Assembly: GCF_964194155.1 (NCBI RefSeq)
Contig: NC_135893.1
Span: 22,630,001 to 22,694,000 of the forward strand
Source: Cetorhinus maximus
Lineage: Eukaryota
DNA: 64,000 bases
Direction of reading: 5' to 3'
The notes below the pieces were generated by a model. That model was not told the origin of the DNA, did not search any database, and saw nothing but the letters and a program-made list of their open reading frames with translations. Within the stretch, counting starts at the first letter, position 1. Each line of letters starts with the position of its first letter. Shown here piece by piece: positions 1-11,419 of this stretch. The translations under genes were made by a program, and so were the position numbers.

Positions 1-638
1 TGTCTCACAACATGCAATGTATTTCCCCACTAAATCAGGGGAACAGTTAAGTTCTACTGGTGTATAAATAGGATTTGAAACCTATTTAAACGTGTAGAGC
101 TAATTTCATTTTCAACCCTTGGGTTTTTGCATTATCAAAGATGGCACAAAAAAACACAAGAGGGTTATACAATCATGTCAAGCTTTAATATTTCAATTAG
201 GGATTTAATTGTAAGAGATGTGGAAAGTAACTTGAGAATGAAGGGCAGGACAGTAGGTACAATAAAACAAATTTGTTTAGGGTTTGCACATAAAATAATA
301 AATACAGATGAGAGAACAGAAAAGAAACAAGGCAAGCAGACAGAAGTTATTAAAACATTTTATTCAAACTGACTTGATTTCTTAAATGATTTTGTTGTAC
401 AGTACTGGTTGCAATGCTTAATATTTGATACACCACAGGAACAAGCTTAACAGTTAATACAGGTAAATTTAATTATTGCAAGATACAAATAAGAACGTTT
501 CACTAACTATTTGAAGTGTGCAACTATATTTCAAAACTGGTAAACATATCTTAATGATAAGTAACTTGTGCTTTTTATGTGAGTTTACATATTTTACTAG
601 TATTTGTTGTACTTAAAGTCATATTAATTGCAATTATA

Positions 639-722
639 GGGGGTTGGTTAGCTCAGTTGGCTAGTGTATGGTTCAGAATAATGGCATCAGTGCGGGTTCA
701 ATTCCTGTTCCAGCTGAGGTAG
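639..722 (+). mobile_element. tRNA-derived SINE head fragment
   Basis: A-box-like TAGCTCAGTTGG and B-box GGTTCAATTCC; no clean cloverleaf. Confidence 0.5.
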
Positions 723-1000
723 ACTTGGGAGCTGCCTCCTCGCCTGCCCCATGCGGTGTGGTGCTGGAAGGACCCCAGACATGGACTGGGATATTCAACT
801 GTGTGCAGCATCACAGTCGACTTCCAATTCCACTCCCAGGCAGCACCTGCCCTTCCTTCCCTGTGACACCGTGAACCCCAGCGAGATTTGAAGCACCTGA
901 CTGGAAGAAGAGGCTTTTTAAAAAAAAAACCCAGAAAACCTGATTGACGGGATCCGTTTGTTCCCTCCCCTCCTCGACCCGACCGGATTCCCTCTCACAC

Positions 1001-1132
1001 CTTGACTTCCTCTATCATGTCGTCCGTGAAAACGCCTTTCGCCACCAGAAAGTCATAAATGAGCTCGGGCTTCAGTTTTGTCACCAGATGCACGCGATGC
1101 CTCTGCAGAAGTTTCCTCTGAAGCGCGTTCAT
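1001..1132 (-). CDS. casp9: Caspase-9 coding exon 1 (start of the CARD); the gene continues beyond the left edge
   Basis: Reverse strand reads MNALQRKLLQRHRVHLVTKLKPELIYDFLVAKGVFTDDMIEEVK, then donor AAG|GTGTGA. The 44 codons align with the human CASP9 N-terminus (MDEADRRLLRRCRLRLVEELQ...MIEDIQ). CpG-rich context; CASP9 lies near DDI2 in human. Confidence 0.85.
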
Positions 1133-1194
1133 CTTTGACAGTCAATTCCTCAGGAATGAAGCACCGACCACTCGGAAGCCCGGCCTGACCCCAC

Positions 1195-1235
1195 GTAAAA
1201 TGGCGTCCAATCACTTCCGGGCGGAGTTCCGGGCT
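1195..1235. promoter_or_regulatory. casp9 CpG-rich promoter motif cluster
   Basis: AAAATGGCG (YY1-like) 1197-1205, CCAAT 1207-1211, ACTTCCGG (ETS/GABP) 1213-1220, GGGCGG (Sp1) 1219-1224, about 65-100 nt upstream of the casp9 ATG. Confidence 0.6.
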
Positions 1236-1692
1236 GTGCTGGAGTCAGGCCGTCTCCCAGAGTGGGCCACAGAGGCCACCAGGAGGGTATCTACACCCTC
1301 AGAGCATAGGAGTCACTGACAAATAAGAGTGCCACACAATCCAACTAAAAAAAAACTTGCAAAGTGCTCACCACTCAGAAATCAAGCAAGTCTGAATATA
1401 CATGGCTTCAGGAAAAACCAGTAAAACTTGGAAATGAAAGGTGCCAGTAAAACTTGCCCGAACTGGTCTTGTCTACCTTAAAATGGAACCCCAGTGTTAC
1501 TGATTTTTTTTCTTACAGTCATCAGCCTACTCTGAACTGTTTCTCACTTATTTGCAATTTGGCCTTTTCCATTTCAAGCTGCAATATATACGACGGCACT
1601 CCCCTCCCCAGCGGTGTCAAGGACAACCTTGGCCCCTGGCTGCAGCCACCCTAATTTTAATTCATCTATCCAGAACAACCTTACATTTTCAT

Positions 1693-3684
1693 AACAAAAA
1701 CAGAATTACCTGGAAAAACTCAGCAGGTCTGGCAGCATCGGTGGAGAAGAAAAGAGTTGACGTTTCGAGTCCACATGACCCTTCAACAGAACTGAGTGTA
1801 GTTAGGAGAGGGGTGAAATATAAGCTGGTTTAAGGTGGGGGCGGGGGGGTGGGGGGGGAGAGAAGTTGAGGGTGGGGTGGTTGTAGGGACAAGCAAGCAG
1901 TGATAGGAGCAGATAATCAAAAGATGTCACAGACAAAAGGATCAAAGAGGTGTTGAAGGTGGTGATATTATCTAAGAAAAGTGCTAATTAAGAATGGATG
2001 GCAGGACACTCAAGGCACAGCTCTAGTGGGGGTGGGGCGGAAAGACTGACAAGGTATTAGTTGTAGATTTGAAAATAATGGAAATAGGTGGGAAAATAAA
2101 AATCTATATAAATTATTGAAAAAAACAAAAGGGAGGGGGAAGAAACAGGGTGGGATGGGGGGAGGGAGTTTAAGATCTAAAGTTATTGAATTCAATATTC
2201 AGCCCGGAAGGCTGTAAAGTGCCTAGTCGGAAGATGAGGTGCTGTTCCTCCAGTTTGGGTTGGGCTTCACTGGAACAATGCAGCAAGCCAAGGACAGACA
2301 TGTGGGCAAGAGAGCAGGGTGGAGTGTTAAAATGGCAAGCGACAGGGAGGTTTGGGTCTTTCTTGCGGACAGACTGCAGGTGTTCTGCAAAGCGGTCGCC
2401 CAGTTTGCGTTTGGTCTCTCCAATGTAGAGGAGACCGCATTGGGAGCAACGAATGCAGTAGACTAAGTTAGGGGAAATGCAAGTGAAATGCTGCTTCACT
2501 TGAAATGAGTGTTTGGGCCCTTGGACAGTGAGGAGAGAGGAAGTGAAGGGGCAGGTGTTGCATCTTCTGCGTGGGCATGGGGAGGTGCCATAGGTGGGGG
2601 TTGAGGAGTAGGGGGTGATGGAGGAGTGGACCAGGGTGTCCCGGAGGGAACGATCCCTACGGAATGCCACCAGGTGGGTGAAGGGAAGATGTGTTTGGTG
2701 GTGGCATCATGCTGGAGTTGGCGGAAATGGCGGAGGATGATCCTTTTAAATGCGGAGGCTGGTGGGGTGATAAGTGAGGACAAGGGGGACCCTATCATGT
2801 TTCTGGGAGGGAGGAGAAGGCGTGAGGGTGGATGCGCGGGATATGGGCCGGACACGGTTGAGGGCCCTGTCAACGACCGTGGGTGGAAAACCTCGGTTAA
2901 AGAAGAAGGAGGACATGTCACAGGAACTGTTTTTGAAGATAGCGTCATCAGAACAGACGCGACGGAGGCAAAGGAACTGAGAGAATGGGATGGAGTCCTT
3001 ACAGGAAGCGGGGTGTGAGGAGCTGTAGTCGAGGTAGCTGTGGGAGTCGGTAGGCTTGTAATGGATATTGGTGGACAGTCTATCACCAGAAATTGGGACA
3101 GAGAGGTCAAGGAAGGGAAGAGAAGGGTCAGAGATGGACCATGTGAAAATGATGGAGGGGTGGAGATTGGAAGCAAAATTAATAAATTTTTCCAGGTCCC
3201 GACAAGAGCATGAAGCAGCACCGAAGTAATCATTGATGTACCGGAGAAAGAGTTGTGGGAGGGGGCTGGAGTAGGACTGGAACAAGGAATGTTCCACATA
3301 CCCCATAAAGAGACAGGCATAGCTGGGGCCCATGCGGGTACCCATAGCCACACCTTTTATTTGGAGGAAGTGAGAGGAGTTAAAGGAGAAATTGTTCAGT
3401 GTGAGAACAAGTTCAGCCAGACGGAGGAGAGTAGTGGTGGATGGGGATTGTTGGGGCCTCTGTTCAAGGAAGAAGCTAAGGGCCCTCAGACCATTCTGGT
3501 GGGGGATGGAGGTGTAGAGGGATTGGACATCCATGGTGAAGAGGAAGCGGTTGGGGCCAGGGAACTGGAAATTGTTGATCTGACGTAAGGTGTCAGAGGA
3601 ATCACGGATGTAGGTGGGAAGGGACTGGACAAGGGGAGAGAGAAGGGAGTCAAGATAACGAGAAATGAGTTCCGTGGGGAAGGA
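1693..3684 (-). mobile_element. 5'-truncated Penelope-like retroelement (Neptune-type): RT + GIY-YIG endonuclease + terminal repeat
   Basis: ORF 2746-3534 has PLE RT motifs (DVQSLYTSIP, GVAMGTRMGPSYACLFM, RYIND for YxDD, LPFLD, YKPT). ORF 2170-2670 has CPRRRCNTC and VYCIRCSQCGLLYIGET...RFAEH...GLN (GIY-YIG). Frameshift near 2746. ACATTTTCAT is duplicated at 1683-1692 and 3685-3694. Confidence 0.92.
1755..1793 (-). ncRNA. Minimal type-I hammerhead-ribozyme-like motif in the Penelope terminal repeat
   Basis: Minus strand AGUU-CUGUUGA-A-GGGUC(AUGUG)GACUC-GAAAC-GUC-AACU: 4-bp stem I, stem II hairpin, GAAA core, palindromic ACGU stem III. Core has U at conserved A6. Confidence 0.6.
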
Positions 3685-3844
3685 ACATTTTCATCTTACA
3701 TTATCTTTACATTTTCATCTTTGTTCTGTCTCATTGTCTCTTAACTTATTCCAGTGTTTCTGCCTGCAACTAATGGTTCCTATAGTCCGTTCCAAGTGTT
3801 GAGCTCACTCTGCATGAAGAACTATCTTCTGATATCAGTCCTAA

Positions 3845-4160
3845 AAAAGAAACTTGCATTTCTAGTTACAGCCAATTTAGTACTTTTGAAGGTGTAGTCA
3901 CTGTTGCAATATAGGAAACATGTATGCGGCAGCCAATTTGTGCAGCAAGCTCCCTCAACCACCAATGTGTAATACCAGATAATCTTTTTAATGACATATG
4001 AGGGATAACTATTGGCCAGGGCATGAGTATCTCCCCTGCACTTCGTCGAAATAGTGTTATGGGTTCTTTTATGCCCACCTAGAGGGCAGATGGTGCCTTT
4101 GTTTAACGTCTCATCCGTAAGAACAAGCCTACATTTTTCCCATTGCTGCATCTAATTGTC
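3845..4160 (-). mobile_element. DeuSINE (SacSINE1/AmnSINE1-like) fragment
   Basis: Minus strand GGATGAGACGTTAAAC...ATCTGCCCTCTAGGTGGGCATAAAAGAACCCATAACACTATTTCGA...CCTGGCCAATAGTTATCCCTCA resembles the Deu domain. Confidence 0.65.
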
Positions 4161-5075
4161 TCTTAAATTATTTCAGGGTTTCTGCCTCCAATACTCGGAG
4201 GACTGTTCCAAGTGTGGATCTCAATCTGCATGAAGATAATAAAATAGTTCTAATAGAAGTCCTAACGTACGTTACCTTTTGTTTAGTTTGAACCTGTGTC
4301 TCCTTATCCTCTTCTTATGGTTTAAAGTTATATTGTGTGTAAACCTTTCCCTGCCATTTACTATCTTATATACACAGTGATTATGAAGTCCTTGTGCAAC
4401 TTTAAACTGTAATAACTTTTGTTGTACATGATAGGACACAAACTATAAACAGCTTTTGAAAGCGTAATTCATAAAATGTTTAATGTGAATTTTATTAATG
4501 ATGGTGAAACTGATTAAAACACTGAAACTGGGCAATTTTTATTTTCTCTTTGCAATACTTCTCTCTTATCTGCATTAATTTTTATCTACATTTTTGATCC
4601 CCACACACATTGTATTTAGCTCATTCTTTCTGAGCTGCCTGAATTCCTTTTAACCAATTTACACTGAGGTTCTGAACCCAAGTCATTTATGCAGCTTAGA
4701 AACACCCGTGGTCCCAACACAGAGTTCCAGGGCACCTCATCAGTAGTTACCTCCCACCCAACTCTGGACATTATTCTGCTAACCTTCTGCCCTCAGCCAA
4801 TTTCTTACCTGTCCTCAAGTTTTGCCCTGACTTTCCAGAGCTTGGTGATTAATTAGTAATCTTTCAAGTGGAGCCTTATCAATTGTGTTTTGAAAGTTGA
4901 AGTACACAATGTCGTAGGGTATGCCATGATTGAATAGTTACTTTCTCAGAACTGGAATTGGTTAGTCAGGATCTTCCTCATCTAAATCCACTTCAACTGT
5001 TGATAACTAGTTTGTTGTTGTACAAATAATACTCAAATTTACTCTTAATAACTAAATCATTTTGTTGGAATTGTA
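4150..5075 (-). mobile_element. Degenerate CR1 LINE fragment
   Basis: Decayed RT motifs on the minus strand (DFQxxxDK-like, GVPxxSVLGP-like); a related ~100-bp segment lies at about 3727-3822. Confidence 0.45.
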
Positions 5076-5744
5076 GACAATTGAGTTAGTTGTTGCCCCT
5101 CCGATTCTAGCCTCTTGTACATGCTCCCCCCTTTCCTTTGCCCTATTGGTGATCATGCTCAGAAATTTTCTTCCTAAATACCTCTGCCTCTTGAACTTCC
5201 TTTAAGATACTCCTTTAGACTCTCTGAACAAGCTTATGGTCACTCCAGATAACCCTTTCTTTGGGCTGTACATCCATCCCCCACCCATTTGGTTATACCT
5301 GATTTTGTTCTTGAATTTCCTTGTTATAAGGTAATTTTGTCACTCCCCTGCCAAGGTTTACACAGCGCTTTGGATGAACAGTGAATATGTTTTTTGTACC
5401 ACCTCAGAGAGAAATCAATCCATATACCATCTTGGCCAAACGTGTTGGTGAAACTAATTGGAGTTGTTTTCCCTAGCTAGCAATTGCTAAATGTAAGCAT
5501 GATGCTAAAAGCCCGATTTTTAAATATAATACTTTTACTACAGTACATCTTGTGATGCAGAAACTTTAGTTTTTAGGATTGTTATAATTTTATTTCAGTC
5601 CAGAAAAGATGTCAAATTAAACCACAACCAACCCTCTTTGCTTCCTGTTAGGTCTCAATAGGAAGGTTGGGAACCTGAGATCACACTCTGGTTCTCCGGG
5701 GACCTCTTTCAGTGTTGCAACAGGCTGTAGTGACAAGTTGGCTG

Positions 5745-5977
5745 GTGCTGATTGGTTGGTTTTGAGAAGAGGCGGTGGTTGACTTTACAAATTGAAGAAT
5801 TTTCGCGTTTAAAAAGTGTTGGGACTCGAAACCTAAAAATAAATAGTAAACTCGATGATAATATTAATAAAAAGCGAGGAGAGCGACGGGCGGGGGAATT
5901 GCAGTTGCTAGGGGGCGGTGGGGTGTTTCCGGTTCCGGCTCCGTGTCCCCGGTTCCGGTCTCTGTGTCCGGCTGGAA
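5745..5977 (+). promoter_or_regulatory. ddost CpG-rich promoter/5'UTR
   Basis: ATTGG near 5751, TTTCGCG (E2F-like) near 5801, GGGCGG boxes near 5888 and 5913, three TTCCGG ETS cores in 5927-5956. Confidence 0.6.
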
Positions 5978-6140
5978 ATGGTGGTGGGTCTGAGCCAGAG
6001 TGGAATGGGGGTTTTGGGGACCTGGGTTCTTCTGCTCTTCTCCCTCCTTCCTGTGGCTGAGGGGGCCGGACGGACGCTGGTGCTTCTGGAGAACATCAAC
6101 ATGAAGGAGACGCACTCCATGTTCTTCAGGAGCCTAACAG
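5978..6140 (+). CDS. ddost: DDOST exon 1 (signal peptide)
   Basis: MVVGLSQSGMGVLGTWVLLLFSLLPVAEGAGRTLVLLENINMKETHSMFFRSLT; donor CAG|GTGGGA. The start could alternatively be the second ATG. Confidence 0.9.
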
Positions 6141-6933
6141 GTGGGAGGGTGACTTATTCTCAGTGATGGGTGCACAGTGGTAAAGAGAAGGTGGAATGCA
6201 AGATCTTGGAGCGATAGAAAAGGAGCTAAATCCGGGGGAGACGCGCATGCAAACATTCAACATTAATGGGCAGGAAAAGACTAGTTGATCCAGCCAGCCT
6301 GCCACACGCCGTGATGGCCAGATCACTATGGCTAAACATTTCCCTTCCCGCCTACTCTCCTAACTTTGCAGCCATGCAATCTCCTGGGAGAGGTGAAAAT
6401 AAACAGGGAAAAGACCCAGAGCCAATATGGGGGGAAACTATTTGCAAAATTCCTCTCTGTCTCCCTCAAGGGATTGAGACCAGTCCAGAAAATCAAATGG
6501 ACCAATTGTTACCTTTGAAGACACTTTTCTATGTCACCAATGTCTGACTCAGTCAGAAATTAGTCCAGCTCCCTCCTAAATGCATGCAAGAGAGTCAGCA
6601 CCACCGCATCAGCTAGCAATGTGGGTGATGACTAGATCCCATCAGCGCCAGAGGTCTTTGGAGTCCAGAGAATAGAGGTTAAATGGAACTGATGGGGAGA
6701 TAATCCAAATTTTGACTGGAATGCTGAGGGGTTGTAATTGTGAAAATTAAGGTAACAAGTGACTTTAAAAGAGCGACCTTCTATTAGCCACTGTACCCTC
6801 AGGACAGGGTCAATTCATACCAGTGCTAGTTTATGCTACGTCTTGCTGTAAGTATGACTTGTGTATCTTCGAATGTTCCTCATTGGTTATTGAAATGCAC
6901 TAACCCGTGCCTTTGTTTGAAATCTCCAATTAG

Positions 6934-7044
6934 ATCTTGGATTTAACTTGACATTCAAGATTTCGGATGATCCTGGTTTGTCTTTGATTAAGTACGGAGA
7001 ATTTGTATATGATCATCTCATCATTTTTTCCCCATCGGTGGAAG
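6934..7044 (+). CDS. ddost: DDOST exon 2
   Basis: [37 protein letters not shown]; TAG acceptor, GTAAAG donor. Confidence 0.95.
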
Positions 7045-7389
7045 GTAAAGATGTCTGTTTCTTCTGCAATAGCTTTCTCACTTGGAAATTGCAATTTTTA
7101 AAAAAGGCTTTTCTAGTTTCCCTGTTTAAAGAAAATCACCGGTAGACTGCAATGGCTTGCTTGGAATGCAGTCATCTGTGTAGTGCGCCCTACCAGCAAG
7201 AGAGTTGGAGGGTTTCTAATGTAATGTAAAGTCAACAGGGTTCAATGTCAGGAAATATATTTATTTCTCAGCGCTTTTCCGCTCTCCTTAAAGACATTAA
7301 CTGCTTTTTGATTTCACCAGTTGTTCTCCAATTCCTTGTCCAAGTTTCCTTTCTTTAATCAAGATCATTGAGGCCACTTGTAAATCCCA

Positions 7390-8140
7390 TATTGGTTCAG
7401 CCACAGAATTACATAGAGCATGCAGCACATTTTCAGGCCATTCAACCTGGCCAATCCACACTGATGTTTATATATTCCACGCTGTTCCCTCCCATCCTTC
7501 CTTTCAGCATTACTCTCAGTCCATTCCCTTCTCCCTCATGTGCTTATCTAGCTTCCCCTTAAATGTACCTATGATAATGGCCTCAACCATTTCCTGTAAT
7601 AATCACCACTCGCTTAGTAAAGGAGTTTCTTTTTCTTGAGTTCTTGGTGATTATCTTACATTGATGGCCTCTCGTTTTACACTTCCCGACAAGTGGAAAA
7701 ACACTCTGTTTAGTCTATCTTTCCTAATTTTAGAGATCCCTATTAGGTTATCTCTCAGTCTTTTTTCAAAAAAAGAGACTGAGCCTGTTCACGTTTTTCT
7801 CACCGTTTTGGTATGAGCCTTGTCCATCTTTTTTGCACCCTCTCGAGTGCCTCTAATCCTTTTTATATTTGACAACCAGAACTGTACATGGTACTCCATT
7901 TGTGGTCTAATGTTCGATACAAGTTTCGTGTAACTTTTTAATTCTATCTCTTTAGAAATAAACCTTAAATTGCTTTTTGTTATGGCCCTATTAATCTTAT
8001 TTTCCTTATCAACGTATTTACCAAAATACTTAACTGTGCTCAAATTCATTTGCCAATTCTACATGTTTAATATCTCCTTGTAATTTGTTGCAGTTCTCCT
8101 CAGTATTGACTAACTCCTCCAAAAGAATTCTTGTCTTCAA
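7390..8140 (-). mobile_element. Degenerate CR1 LINE 3' fragment (resumes at about 8979)
   Basis: Minus ORF 7789-8049 contains IRPQMEYHVQFW (CR1 C-terminal VRPHLEYCVQFW motif). Confidence 0.65.
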
Positions 8141-8145
8141 ATGTA

Positions 8146-8978
8146 TCTTATGATCTCCTGTCGAGACCGATAACTTTAAATAATATATTTGAATTCCTTG
8201 TGAGCAGATTAAAGGAATCGCACAAGATTTTAATTTTTAAGACTGTTACTGTAACAAACAAAGTAAAAGCAACATATGGCTAAACATTACTTAGTAAGCA
8301 ACTACAGAAAAGATAATCTTTATTAATGTTTTAACACAACTGATAACCACACGCCGCATCTGTATACATTACAACATGCTCTCCATAGGATTACAGTCTT
8401 CATAGGAAACAGTCCACAGTCATTCCCAACTTCCAATGAGTCCACGTCTTACCTGCTTTGTCGAATGACAGTGAAAAGGCACTTACCTCCATTTTTTGGA
8501 GAATTTCCAAACAAGCAGTAAGGGCCACATCAGTGATTTCTCACCTTGGGTTTGCTAGAACAAATCTTCCAGAGTCTTTAGAACCACGTGATGCATCTCT
8601 TCAGCCAGAAACTATCCTCCCTCCTGCGTTCTGCTTGTTGCATACAAGGGAACTCTCAGTCTTCTATCTGCTGACCACACCAGCTGCAGACTTTTATCTC
8701 TGTGAGACCTCTCTCTGTCCAAAAACTCGGAGGCCAAAAGGCTGTCTATGGTTAACCGAGCTGCTCCTGCCTTTGTTTTCAGGTGTGAACAGTTTGCACC
8801 TTACTCGCAGTGAGTCTCAACCTGAGCCTTGCTGTGCCCCTGGTAACCAGGCCACCCAGGTTTGTTGTCAGGCAGAATTCAAAGCAGTAAACATGACCCT
8901 CTTATTCCTCCATTTTACGCTGAATTAAAGATAGAGTCCCAAAACATCATCATCTTATAACACCCTGTATTCATAACA
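8146..8978. mobile_element. Probable solo LTR (Gypsy-like termini) inserted in a CR1
   Basis: Termini TCTTATGA...TCATAACA (near-inverted, TG..CA type), near 4-bp TSD TGTA/TTTA, and the host CR1 continues on both sides. Confidence 0.45.
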
Positions 8979-9716
8979 TTTAGAAATTATGTTTTTGATT
9001 CCAAAGTCTAAATCATTAATATTTCACTATTAAATCACTAATTCAGTATTGACCAGAGTTAGATCTGGGACCTTCCCTCAGTTTGTAATGCTTAGTTTGC
9101 TATTGAAGGAGTTCGTATATCTTTCTTCTTGGTCTAATTTTTGGCTGAGAGAGTGGAGAATAAGTCCCTCCCAGGCCGAGGAATGACAAAATAACAAATG
9201 TCAGCCCATCTGTCTGCTAGAGAGACCTGGGAGCAGGTTTGGCATTTCTCCATCTGTTTCCCAACTGAAAAGCCAATGAAATAAGGAATTTGAATATTGG
9301 GAGAAAGCCAAAAGAGTGAAATTGCAAAGGACAGAAGCCACTAAAAACAGCTAACAGAAATGGAAGTTACTTTAGTTAGTTTAGTATGTTAATTCAGATT
9401 TAATACATTTTTAAGAGATTGCTTTGCACTGCCATTAGTGCTGTTTGGCTAATAAGAAAGGAGAATTATGGAGTGTATATTGTGCTGTATCAGACAGTGG
9501 GTGCGAACTTCTAAAAGAGATCCACGTGCTGCAATTGAGACCCTAACATTCTCCCACCGCCACCCGACCCCACCCTCTTTTCCCCCCTCCAACACCTCAG
9601 CTGATGGAGGTTAGAGTATTACTCTTCCTGGAACCAATGCCTGCTCTATTTGGGGGTGTGGAGGAGTGAGAAAGGATATGCAGCTTGGATTAATGGGAAT
9701 TTGCTTTTGATTTTAG

Positions 9717-9803
9717 ATTTTGGAGGCAACATCAATGTTGACACTATTGCCACGTTCATCGATGGAGGTGGAAATGTATTGGTTGCTGCAAGCTCAGACA
9801 TTG
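9717..9803 (+). CDS. ddost: DDOST exon 3
   Basis: [29 protein letters not shown]; TTTTAG acceptor, GTAAAA donor. Confidence 0.95.
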
Positions 9804-9904
9804 GTAAAAATATGAAATAATTATTACATTTGAAATGTCGTGACTTTGGTCATGTGAAGAACACATCAAGCATTATTTTGTGCATTTTAATCTTCATAAT
9901 CAAA

Positions 9905-10335
9905 GAACAAACTTGCATCTATTTATAAAGACTATCAATGCCAGGATGTCCCAAAGTGATTGATAGTAAATTAATTAGTTTTGAAGTATAGTCATTGTTG
10001 TAATGTAGAGGATGTGGCAGCCAATTTGTGCACAGCAGGGTCCCATAAACATTACTGAAATAAATGTCCAGATACTCTATTTTGGTAATGTTGATTGTGG
10101 AAAAAATGTTGGGCTAGGCCACCAGTGAACTCTGCTGCTCTTCAGATAATGAGTGCCCTGGAATCTTACACAGCCTCTTAAAGAGGCAGACAGGGCTTCA
10201 GTTTTAGCATCTCAATAGAAAGAAAATATTTCCAACTATGCAGCTCCCTCCCAATGCTGTATTTAAATGTTAACCTAGATTATGTGCTAGAGTATCTGGA
10301 GTGGGGTTTTAACCCATGAGCCTCTGACACGCTGG
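9905..10335 (-). mobile_element. DeuSINE-like element
   Basis: Shares CAGCCAATTTGTGCA and AGxGxxCAGA body segments with 3845-4160; tRNA-like head remnant near 10300-10330. Confidence 0.55.
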
Positions 10336-11419
10336 GTTGAAACTGATACATTGTACAAAAATTAATGGAGATATCTGTATATTAATTAAAAGTTTCATTG
10401 CCCCCTTTTGATCAGAATATTAATTTTGCAAATTTATAAGTTGTGATTTCTCAGAATGAATATGTAAATGGGTGTTAAAACTTGTTCTCTTAACTGGGAA
10501 TAAAGCTATAGATGCAAACTATCTTTGTCATTGGCTCTTCCTAGACAGATCTTTCCTCCTGCAGGGAGCATAGTTGTATGGCCATAGTAAAGGAGGAAAA
10601 TAGATGTTAAACAGATCTTCCATCCTCTTTAGGTTATGGATCTAGTTCCAGGATCTTTGTGTCCCTTTAGAGTAGAAATGCAGATAACTCTGCACAGGGG
10701 TGATTTGTCTTTCCCTGTGAGCAGATACCTGGCACCCCTGCTTTTGGTGGCTTGCTTCACCATCTCCTTTACTGGCCTATTGAAATCAGGACCTAGTAGG
10801 GGTGGATTGTTGTTGGACAACAGTAATCTGCTGTTTGGACAGCAATTTCTCATTGACCAGGTTCACAGGTTTCATAATTAAAATAGACATTGTGGATTTA
10901 GTGTTGCATCAGTTGGAAACCTGGCCCTTTAGTAGCTGGTTGGTATTATTCCTTCAGCTGATCTGTATTTCATAGATGTGTGTTTTATTTAAGCGCACTT
11001 TCCTATGTCAGAGAGTACAATACTTTAAGGTGATGCTAGCTTGGCACCAATAGGAAATGAGTATTTTATTGCTTGTGTTGGCCTCAGGCTCAAAATAAAC
11101 TTATCTACACTTAAATCTACCTACCTTCGCTTATCGATTTCAATTAGAGTATCTTCGGGAATGCTTCCAGTTTCCTTTTTGCTTTTCATTTTCCCATATA
11201 GTTGCTGTGATTTCAACTTTATCCCTTATTGCCACTGATACTTGTCTGTATTCTATATGCCACCATGACCGTATCACAAACTCTCATTAAACAGTTTGTG
11301 CAATTACTGCCCATTAAAAACTCATGGTTCATAATTTGTTTTTAAGACTTCAAAGCCACTTAGCCTAAAGAATTCCTAATATCATGAATGATCCTTGCAT
11401 TTTTCACCCACGCCCAACA

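Noticed and set aside
2496-3353. 285-aa minus-strand ORF and overlapping plus-strand ORFs
   Set aside because: Alternative frames of the Penelope RT region.
4072-4090. CTCF-like CCACCTAGAGGGCAG
   Set aside because: Imperfect match within a SINE body; cannot be supported from sequence alone.
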